From contig JBDRTG010000038.1 in the NCBI GenBank assembly GCA_043824255.1, forward strand, positions 1-45,845: a stretch of 45,845 nucleotides of DNA. The letters run 5' to 3'. Under the pieces are notes generated by a model. The model saw nothing but the letters and a program-made list of their open reading frames with translations. It ran no database searches and had not been told where the DNA came from. The position numbers and the translations under genes are program-made. Source of the DNA: a bacterium. Lineage in GTDB: Bacteria; JAHJDO01. Shown here piece by piece: positions 38,188 to 45,845 of the stretch (the stretch's first letter is position 1; each line of letters starts with the position of its first letter).

Positions 38188-40248
38188 GTGACTAAAAACA
38201 ATTGTAATAAAGAATCTCAAGTTATTGAAATATTTGATGTTAGAAAGATAAACGCAACGACAGTAAAATTTATTGCCCGCAGGAGAGATGGTTCCAAAGT
38301 TTATTTCCTTTTAACATCTCCTCTTGAAAATACATGGCGTCTTCAGAGCAGCCTTTCCGAAAATGCTTTTGATAATATAGGAGCTGTTCAATTATTGGAT
38401 ATTGAATTGAATACGGCTATTGATAATAATAAGGAGCAAAACTTACCCCTATCTATTAAGGAATTAGAAGCTGCTATTTGGTATATTTCTTCACCAGCAA
38501 ACGGTTCTAGTGTCCAGCTAAGAACAACTTCCCTTCAGATATTGTTTTCAGGAAGTTCCCAAAAAGGCAAGGTAGAAATCTGCAATTTAGTTACTGATTC
38601 TAAAACAACACAGATTAGTGGCCGGCTTGGTGACAAAGAAAAAATATATGGAGTGGGAGAGAGATTTAATGGGCCGAATCAGCGCGGGGAAAATGTTTGC
38701 ATATGGGCTGAAGACAGGTGGTGCAAGACCGAAGGTAATAGTTATGTGCCCATTCCATTTTTTTTAAGTACAGCAAAGTATGGAATATTTTTAAATAGAT
38801 ATGAGCGTTCCTTTTTTGACTTAGGAAAAGCTAACAAGGAATTATGGGATATCAGGGTTAAAGAGGCACCTCTTGACCTGTATATTTTTGTAGATAATTC
38901 TCCCAAAGAAATTCTTCGCAAATTAAGCATTCTCTGCGGGTTTCCACCAATGCCACCTGAGTGGAGTTTTGGTATCTATGTATGCAGGCATGATAGAACC
39001 CGCGAATTCAGCAGCAGTCCTGGCATAAGAAAAATGATAGAAAAAATGAAGGAACATGATTTGCCGTGGTCAGCAGTAATTATCGAAGGATGGGATACTT
39101 ATAATGTGGAAACTTATTCTGAGTTAAAGAAAATTGTTGAGGAGATACACTCTCTGGGGAAAAAAGTTCTTGTGTATGAACCATGCGGAAGGCTTGACAA
39201 AAAATATTGGACTAACCATGAAACAGAGAAGAACTTTTTTGTCAACGATAGAAAGGGGAATGCTTGTATTATCGAAGTTCTAGCGGCAAACCCAGAAGAT
39301 CGTCCGGGACAAAGAACAAGTAGTTTTGTGGATATTACTAATCCTGAAGCTATGCAATGGTGGCATAACCAGATTTGGGGTAAGTTATTACAACAAATAG
39401 GGATAGATGGTGCAAAAATTGATTTTTGCGAACAGTTCCCTGAAAGCGACGATCTTCTCTTGCATTCAAAGAGAAGTTTAAAAGGTATGCATCATTTTTA
39501 TCCTGTAAAATACAATTGTTCGATGTATCAACTCTTTCAAAAATTGCGTCCAGAGGGTGGAATATGCTGGAGTAGAGGAGGAGGCATTGGTGCACAAAGA
39601 TATCCGTTCTTATGGTGCGGGGATCAGCTTCGTGAGTTTTCGTCTCTTAAAGCTATTTTGTCAGCTATACTAAGTTCAGGTCTCAGTGGAATACCCTTTA
39701 TGTGTCATGATCTTGGAGGATATTTGCAAACTAAAGATGCGATAAGTAATCCTGAAGAAAAAGTTTTTGTCCGTGGCACGCAATTGAGTTGCTTCACAGC
39801 TAATATGCAAACCCATGGTGATGTTACAAGACCGTATGATTTTAGAGAAGAGATTATCAATATATATAGAACCTATTCCAAAATTCATTATGCACTCATT
39901 CCTTATCTTATAGAACAGGCAAGAGCTTCCTGCGCAACTGGGATTCCCTTGGTACGGCACTTGTACCTGCAATATCCTGACGATCAGTCTGTATGGGACA
40001 TTAATGATCAATATTTTCTGGGGGAGGACATCCTTGTAGCACCGATGCTTTATAATAACTTTTGTCGGGACATTTATTTTCCCTCAGGAGATTGGCTTAA
40101 TTTATTTGATAATAAAAAAATCAGAGGCCCTCAAACAATCAGAGAATATCCCTGTCCCCTGGAACATATACCAGTCTTCATCAAAAAAGAGCCGGTTTCA
40201 AACAAGTTAAATTTAGTAGTTGAGAAAATAAGGAAAATCTTTGACTGA
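38188..40248 (+). CDS. Glycoside hydrolase family 31
   Basis: GTG start with SD AAGGAGG; YG.GERF, Y.PIPFF.S, P.PP.WSFG, KIDFCE (nucleophile), WCGDQ (acid/base), DQYFLG.DILVAP. Confidence 0.88.
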   Translation: MTKNNCNKESQVIEIFDVRKINATTVKFIARRRDGSKVYFLLTSPLENTWRLQSSLSENAFDNIGAVQLLDIELNTAIDNNKEQNLPLSIKELEAAIWYISSPANGSSVQLRTTSLQILFSGSSQKGKVEICNLVTDSKTTQISGRLGDKEKIYGVGERFNGPNQRGENVCIWAEDRWCKTEGNSYVPIPFFLSTAKYGIFLNRYERSFFDLGKANKELWDIRVKEAPLDLYIFVDNSPKEILRKLSILCGFPPMPPEWSFGIYVCRHDRTREFSSSPGIRKMIEKMKEHDLPWSAVIIEGWDTYNVETYSELKKIVEEIHSLGKKVLVYEPCGRLDKKYWTNHETEKNFFVNDRKGNACIIEVLAANPEDRPGQRTSSFVDITNPEAMQWWHNQIWGKLLQQIGIDGAKIDFCEQFPESDDLLLHSKRSLKGMHHFYPVKYNCSMYQLFQKLRPEGGICWSRGGGIGAQRYPFLWCGDQLREFSSLKAILSAILSSGLSGIPFMCHDLGGYLQTKDAISNPEEKVFVRGTQLSCFTANMQTHGDVTRPYDFREEIINIYRTYSKIHYALIPYLIEQARASCATGIPLVRHLYLQYPDDQSVWDINDQYFLGEDILVAPMLYNNFCRDIYFPSGDWLNLFDNKKIRGPQTIREYPCPLEHIPVFIKKEPVSNKLNLVVEKIRKIFD

Positions 40249-40302
40249 GAGCCTTGCTGTTGTTGGTAATTATTGCTTCCGATACATAAAAGGATTTTTC
40301 TC

Positions 40303-41733
40303 ATGGATATAATTCTGGGAATAGACATAGGAACAAGTAAACTCTGTGTTATTGCTATGGAGCTCAACACAGGTAATGTCTTAAGTAATATATCTACTAA
40401 AAACATATCCAATTTAAAATCAAACGAACAGGATATAAAGGAACAATCGCCAGATATTATTTATTCTCAGACCATTGAGCTCATTAAAAGGATATGTGGA
40501 AAGCTTAAAATAAAAAGAAATAATATAAGAGGTATAGGCATCACATGCCAGATGCATGGAGTTTTATTGATTGATACTGACAATAAACCTGCAACACCTC
40601 TTATAACATGGCAGGACAGCCGATGTAAAAGGAGTATGAGAAATGGGAAAACTTACATACGGTACATATCAGATATAATTGATAATGATGTATTCTTTGA
40701 GGATTGTGGCACGTTACCTGCAGCAGGATTTGGAGGTATGACTCTCTTCTGGTTGAAAGAGAATAACTTAATTCCTTCTGATGCTAAAGCAGTCACAATA
40801 GGCGACTATATCAGTATTAAATTATCTGACGGGCAATCTACAATAGATGAGACAAATGCAGCAAGCTTTGGCATTTATAACATTAAAACACACACATGGC
40901 ATAATGAAATAATAAAATCCTTGGGTTTACCATCAGGACTGTTTCCTGAAATTGGCAATAGTGGAGAACCTATAGGAAACATTACTTCCGATATTGCAAA
41001 ATTAACTAATTTACCAAAACATACAAAGATATGTAGATGTATTGGAGATAATCAGGCAAGTTTCATAGGTGCGGTTTCTAATATAGAGAACGGAGTCCTC
41101 TTAAATATTGGGACAGGCAGTCAGATCTCCTGTCCCTTAAAGAATTTTAAAACATACAAAGGGCTTGATACAAGACCTCTTGTTAATAATAGATATATTG
41201 CTGTAGGTGCTGGTTTATGTGGGGGAGAAGCATATACATATCTTAAAAATTTCATATCAGATATCGGGGAAAACTTTTTCTATACCAGTAAGTCTGAATC
41301 CGAACTATTTGCGAAAATGAATGAGCTTGCAATAATGCCAGACAAAGATCTTGCACTCTATGTAAACACCAATTTTATGGGAACAAGACTTAATCCAGAC
41401 CTAAAAGGTCGCATAGAAAATATTGATATAAAAAATTTTAGTATTAGTAATTTATGTCGTGGGTTTCTGGATGGAATAGTTAATGAACTGGTAGATTTTT
41501 ACAGAATATGTTCTAAGGATGTGGAAACAACAGACATTGTAGGCTCAGGTAATGCTCTAAGAAGAAATAACCTGCTCAATGAGATCATTTCTGAAAAATT
41601 CAAGCACAGAGTTAAAACGCCTCTACACACAGAAGAGGCAGCGTATGGAGCAGCTCTCTCTGCTGGAGTTGGGCTGGGATTCTTTAAGTCATATAAAGAA
41701 GCTGGGGGAATAATAAAGTATCATAACAAATAA
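40303..41733 (+). CDS. FGGY family carbohydrate kinase (sedoheptulokinase-like); ATG 40303 preferred
   Basis: LGIDIGTS, ITCQMHG, TWQD.R, IGDNQASF.GA, NIGTGSQIS, GSGNALRRN, EEAAYGAA. Confidence 0.85.
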   Translation: MDIILGIDIGTSKLCVIAMELNTGNVLSNISTKNISNLKSNEQDIKEQSPDIIYSQTIELIKRICGKLKIKRNNIRGIGITCQMHGVLLIDTDNKPATPLITWQDSRCKRSMRNGKTYIRYISDIIDNDVFFEDCGTLPAAGFGGMTLFWLKENNLIPSDAKAVTIGDYISIKLSDGQSTIDETNAASFGIYNIKTHTWHNEIIKSLGLPSGLFPEIGNSGEPIGNITSDIAKLTNLPKHTKICRCIGDNQASFIGAVSNIENGVLLNIGTGSQISCPLKNFKTYKGLDTRPLVNNRYIAVGAGLCGGEAYTYLKNFISDIGENFFYTSKSESELFAKMNELAIMPDKDLALYVNTNFMGTRLNPDLKGRIENIDIKNFSISNLCRGFLDGIVNELVDFYRICSKDVETTDIVGSGNALRRNNLLNEIISEKFKHRVKTPLHTEEAAYGAALSAGVGLGFFKSYKEAGGIIKYHNK

Positions 41734-41751
41734 CCTTAGTAGGTATATAAC

Positions 41752-44154
41752 ATGAAGCATCCATTTAACTTAAAAAGATTAGATGTATATATTGATATTA
41801 TTCAAGAGGATAATAAAAAAAGGCATCGGCTTGATGGCTGGTTTCTTGCAAAAGAAATACAGATGAAAAAATTGCGGGACATAGAGCAAAGCAGTACAAA
41901 ACATTCTCCTGCTATGACACAGGCAATTCTCCTTGAAGAAACGGTAAAAAAGATTCCTATTTCCATAAGAGAGGGCAGGATTTTTGCAGGCACGGAGGAT
42001 GATGCATTTGCAAGAAGCTATGCATTAATAAATCCGTCATTTAAGGTTGATACATTTGAGGGATACTGCGAAGAAGACGCGGTATACGACGACATAAAAC
42101 CCAACAAAGCATTTCCAAGGAGCAGAATCGAAAAAGTCAAAAAATTCTGGGCAAATCACCCATTTTCAAAGGTAATTGATAAGGTGTATGAAGATGCAGG
42201 ATGGGAACTGAGAGAGGTTGTATATTTTGTTGAACGAGTTACAGGCCATACAATACCTCGGTTTGATGATGTTCTTAAATATGGAATAGAGCACGTCATA
42301 GAAAAGTGTAAAACGCTCCCGAAAGCTTTCGGGACAAAATGCAAAAAGAACAGGAACTACTACAATGCAATGACTAAAGCTATGGAAGCAGTGCTCAGAC
42401 TTGCAGAGAGATATAGTAATTTAGCGGCTAAGATGGCTAAGAAAGAAACAAACAATACCAGAAAAAAAGAACTAGAAATGATTGCTGAAACCTGCAGAAA
42501 AGTTCCATTAAAACCCGCTGAGAATCTTTATGAGGCCTTTCAATCCTATATCTTCTGCTGGCAGATAATGAATCTTGAACAGCTTCCAAATCCATTTGCG
42601 TTTTCTGCAGGCAATCTGGACAGAATAATGCAGTCTTATTACACAAAATCAAAGATTCCAAGAGAACTGGCTGTGCAGATTACAAGGCATTTTCTTACAT
42701 TCTTTGAGGTAGGGGATAGGAATTGGGCAATATCTCAAAATATTATGGTTGGGGGGTTGGGAAAAGGGCAAAAAGACGCTACAAATGATATGAGTAGTAT
42801 AATTATTGATGCATTCAAGCAATCTCCATATTCTCAGCCAAACCTGTCTGTTAGGGTTCATCCAAAGAGCCCGTTAAAACTATATGAAGCTATTAGTAAA
42901 GGCATGTTTTCATTTGGCATGAGCTCTCCATCATTCTTTAACGACAAAATGCAATATAAGATGTTAAAAACCAAGGGTGTGGAAACACAGGATCTGCACA
43001 AGTATGGAATCGCCGGTTGCCAGGAGCCACTCATTCCCGGGCTTGATTCATCAAATACCACAAATACCTGGCTGAATCTTGCAAAAGTTCTGGAACTTTC
43101 CTTAACTGAAGGCAAATCACTAATATTTGGCAAACAAATTGGTCCAAGTTACAAGAAATTAGGGATAAACAAGTTTCCGGAAGCACTTGACGAGATAAAA
43201 AAGGTATTCTATAAATATCTGGAATATTTCATCCCCAGAATGATAAAAGCTGGGAATGCGTGCACAGAAGCCTTAAGCCTATTACCTGTTCCATTTGCCT
43301 CAGCGTTTATGGGAGGTATTGCGACAGGTGTAGATATGAGGGATATTACGAAAAGAGGGACCAAATACAATGGTTCAGGTTGCCTGATACACGGACTTGC
43401 AAATGTATGTGATTCATTCACAACCTTCAGGTGGATTGAAAAGAATGGCAGGGACTATGGCTATGACTTTAAGGATATAATAAATGCTGTAAAGCATAAT
43501 TTCAAAGGGTATAGGGAATTGCGTTCTATTATTCTGAACAAGATTCCAAAATATGGACAAAATGCTTCTGAACCTGATAATGAAGCAAGAGAACTTCAGA
43601 TAAAGGTTTCAAAGCTTATCAATTCTCAAAAAAACTCTTTTAGAAGGAATTTTGCTTCAGATTTTTCTACGCCAAGCACAAATCAGCTTTATGGCTTCTG
43701 GGTTGGAGCGACCCCTGATGGAAGACTCTCCAGAGCACCGCTTGCATTTGGCATGGACCCCTCAGTAGGAGTTTCAAATAGAGGACTTCTAGCAAGAGTA
43801 TTATCCGCACATAAATTGAAATTTAAATCAATGTCTGGCGGTGCTGCGTCCAGTATGAGTATTAATCCAGACAGAATAAGAAAAATGCCTATTTCAGAAC
43901 AGGCGCAATATCTTAAAAAGGTTATAGATGTAATCTTTGATTTTAATAAAAAGAATGGAAATGGACTACCTTATGTTTACTTTAATGTTTATTCTCCAAA
44001 AGAGCTTCTTGATGTAGCAAGGCATCCAGAAAGATATCCCAATCCAGTTATTTTAAGGATTCACGGTCAGTATGTTGATGCTAGACATCTATCTCCCGAT
44101 ATTCTTCTCAATGATGTTATACCAAAACTTGATCCAATGTCCACATCGTTTTAG
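41752..44154 (+). CDS. Glycyl radical enzyme (PFL2-like superfamily), uncharacterised type
   Basis: 800 aa; P..PA..L.EA.Q, GCQEP (Cys423), KYG, GATPDGR, C-terminal LRIHGQY (Gly772); activase immediately downstream. Confidence 0.85.
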   Translation: MKHPFNLKRLDVYIDIIQEDNKKRHRLDGWFLAKEIQMKKLRDIEQSSTKHSPAMTQAILLEETVKKIPISIREGRIFAGTEDDAFARSYALINPSFKVDTFEGYCEEDAVYDDIKPNKAFPRSRIEKVKKFWANHPFSKVIDKVYEDAGWELREVVYFVERVTGHTIPRFDDVLKYGIEHVIEKCKTLPKAFGTKCKKNRNYYNAMTKAMEAVLRLAERYSNLAAKMAKKETNNTRKKELEMIAETCRKVPLKPAENLYEAFQSYIFCWQIMNLEQLPNPFAFSAGNLDRIMQSYYTKSKIPRELAVQITRHFLTFFEVGDRNWAISQNIMVGGLGKGQKDATNDMSSIIIDAFKQSPYSQPNLSVRVHPKSPLKLYEAISKGMFSFGMSSPSFFNDKMQYKMLKTKGVETQDLHKYGIAGCQEPLIPGLDSSNTTNTWLNLAKVLELSLTEGKSLIFGKQIGPSYKKLGINKFPEALDEIKKVFYKYLEYFIPRMIKAGNACTEALSLLPVPFASAFMGGIATGVDMRDITKRGTKYNGSGCLIHGLANVCDSFTTFRWIEKNGRDYGYDFKDIINAVKHNFKGYRELRSIILNKIPKYGQNASEPDNEARELQIKVSKLINSQKNSFRRNFASDFSTPSTNQLYGFWVGATPDGRLSRAPLAFGMDPSVGVSNRGLLARVLSAHKLKFKSMSGGAASSMSINPDRIRKMPISEQAQYLKKVIDVIFDFNKKNGNGLPYVYFNVYSPKELLDVARHPERYPNPVILRIHGQYVDARHLSPDILLNDVIPKLDPMSTSF

Positions 44155-44162
44155 GCAAAGAC

Positions 44163-45089
44163 ATGGTAAATGAAGCTCTAAAATATAACGCGTATCAAAC
44201 AGGCATGATTATGAACATAGAACACGGCTCAGTAAAGGATGGGCCTGGCTGGAGAAGTGTGGTATATTTTAAAGGGTGCAATTTCAGGTGTCTATGGTGC
44301 GGAGCTCCTGAAAGCATTGAGTTTGGCAAAAGCCTCTTAATATATAGTAAGTATCCAAAATTTATAAAAACTGGTTCTGGAGTTTGTAAACATAATGCAA
44401 TTAGTAAAAAGGATAATGGATTCATCATAGATGTTAAAAAATGCAGAAAATGTAGTAGTTACGACTGTATAAAGTTTGTACTGGACGGTTCAATGGAACT
44501 CGTTGGCAAAGAAACAGATGTTGGGAAAATAATAGAGGAAATTGTTCCGTATAAAGAGTTAATCAATGATTATAGTGTTACGATTTCAGGTGGAGAGCCA
44601 ACATGTCAGTTTGCATTTCTTATTGAGTTGCTTAGGGCTCTTAGGTACAATGGCTTTCATACAGCAATTGAAACAAATGCTTCCTCTCCTAAGTTATTAG
44701 AACTATTAAAATATCTAGATCTTGTAGTTTGTGATTTAAAACATGTTGATGATAAGAAACATAGAGAACAAACAGGTTTTACAAATAAAATGGTTCTGGA
44801 GAATATAAAAAGAATAGCTGAGAAAAAACATCCAATGTGGATTCGTACACCAGTTGTCTCGAGTCTTAACAATGGTAAAAATCTAGAAAACACAGCAAGC
44901 TTTTTATCAGATATAAATTATCCTGAACTAAAGGTTGAGCTGCTTCAGTATCATAGAATGGGAATCAGTAAATGGAAAGCTCTTGGAAAGAACTATTCAC
45001 TGGAACACGTTATGCCTCTTACAGAGAAAGAACTTTCAAAATATGCAAAGATATTTGTAAAATATGGAATACAGGTAATAAAAACCTAA
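44163..45089 (+). CDS. Glycyl radical enzyme activating enzyme (radical SAM)
   Basis: DGPG.R..V.FKGC..RC.WC (CxxxCxxC), SGGEP, HTAIET, DLKH, YH.MG..KW. Confidence 0.92.
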   Translation: MVNEALKYNAYQTGMIMNIEHGSVKDGPGWRSVVYFKGCNFRCLWCGAPESIEFGKSLLIYSKYPKFIKTGSGVCKHNAISKKDNGFIIDVKKCRKCSSYDCIKFVLDGSMELVGKETDVGKIIEEIVPYKELINDYSVTISGGEPTCQFAFLIELLRALRYNGFHTAIETNASSPKLLELLKYLDLVVCDLKHVDDKKHREQTGFTNKMVLENIKRIAEKKHPMWIRTPVVSSLNNGKNLENTASFLSDINYPELKVELLQYHRMGISKWKALGKNYSLEHVMPLTEKELSKYAKIFVKYGIQVIKT

Positions 45090-45273
45090 ACTATAATTAA
45101 ACAGGAGGTCTTAAGGGAAAAGAGCAGAATGTTTTACAATGAACTTGACAAATAAGGAAGGGGGTGGAGTATAATACTTGTAACAGAAGAAAAAAATAGT
45201 TCGCCTGCCATTGAATCGGCGGTGGGTTTATCAGGGTTAGCTAGAAAATCTTGTTTATATATGGAGGACGAAA

Positions 45274-45845
45274 ATGAGAAAGATAATAATAGTTTTAGGT
45301 GTGGCCATAATGCTTTTATTGCCCCACATGTCAAAAGCAAAGGAAACAATTAAAAATTTAGCTCCAAATCCATCCCTTGAACAGGGAGAAGGGAATAAAG
45401 TAATTGGCTGGGCTTTCTGGGGCTGGGCACCCGAGGGAGTAAAAAGAACCGCCAAAGGCATCTGGGATAAAGAGGTTGCAAGGACGGGTAAGTGTTCCCT
45501 GAAGGTAATAAATGAAAGTGAGACCGATGTTGGCACATGGGATAACGGACATGGAGGTGCTTTTATCCCGGTAGAGGCAGGCAAAAGTTATACGGTAAGT
45601 ATCTACATGAAGGTTGACTCCCTTGAATATCCTTTAAGAACAAACTTCCGGATTGGTTTCTGTAAAGTAGAACCATTAAAGTACATCAAGTCAGAGACTA
45701 CCAGAATAGGGGTAGGGCAGATTAAGCAGGCAGGCACCTGGCAGAAACTAACCGTAATCGGAAAAGCTCCTGAGGGAGCTAATCGCTTGCGGACAGATTT
45801 TGATTTGATTGGCAAAGGAACCGCCTGGTTTGACGACGTAGAGGT
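45274..45845 (+). CDS. Secreted protein with CBM4/9-like carbohydrate-binding domain (partial, runs off the window; absent from the ORF track)
   Basis: SD GGAGG at 45263; MRKIIIVLGVAIMLLLPHMSKA signal, then NLAPNPSLE..., G..SLK, V.AGK.Y..S, W.KL....AP, G.AWFDDV; frame open to the end. Confidence 0.8.
   Translation, partial: MRKIIIVLGVAIMLLLPHMSKAKETIKNLAPNPSLEQGEGNKVIGWAFWGWAPEGVKRTAKGIWDKEVARTGKCSLKVINESETDVGTWDNGHGGAFIPVEAGKSYTVSIYMKVDSLEYPLRTNFRIGFCKVEPLKYIKSETTRIGVGQIKQAGTWQKLTVIGKAPEGANRLRTDFDLIGKGTAWFDDVE

Noticed and set aside
38188..40248. Sulfoquinovosidase / sulfoglycolysis locus
   Set aside because: The nucleophile context is KIDFCE rather than MADFGE-like, and no recognisable sulfo-pathway genes are present
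41752..44154. Calling the GRE pyruvate formate-lyase (pflB), cutC or hypD
   Set aside because: No CC pair, the Cys loop is GCQEP, the Gly loop is divergent, and none of the usual partner genes are present
524..45815. Numerous 60-170 aa ORFs nested in or antisense to long genes
   Set aside because: They overlap well-supported CDSs and have no motifs or RBS; shadow ORFs

Overview
Bacterial, AT-rich, densely coding window from a probable anaerobic sugar degrader. A DUF1559-like prepilin and the mix of CAZymes suggest the PVC superphylum or an Omnitrophota-like lineage (inference only). No rRNA, tRNA, CRISPR array, integrase or transposase was seen. There are five blocks. (1) A uxaE-like tagaturonate epimerase. 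(2) A minus-strand surface-glycosylation cluster (GT4, two paralogous ArnT/PMT-type GT-C proteins with LmeA/DUF2993-like tails, a polyprenol-P GT2, a third GT-C), interrupted by an HTH-nucleotidyltransferase + small ORF + HEPN-like insert bordered by REP-like hairpins. (3) A housekeeping run: epimerase-spoIID-queA-fabG-acpP-fabF-acyl-CoA dehydrogenase-etfB, with no etfA. (4) A ~9.9-kb block bracketed by a perfect 17-bp direct repeat, encoding a processive GT2, a GT-C-like membrane protein, two DUF5060/GH5-like hydrolases, a PA14-PKD-SGNH-like protein and a pilin-like protein; this is a candidate undescribed polysaccharide system. (5) A 16-kb GntR-led catabolic region ending in GH31, a sedoheptulokinase-like kinase, a glycyl radical enzyme with a non-canonical radical loop (RIHGQY; Cys loop GCQEP) and an activase that appears to keep only one auxiliary [4Fe-4S] cluster. 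The glycyl radical enzyme locus is the best candidate for a novel system. All family assignments come from recognising motifs by eye, not from database searches.
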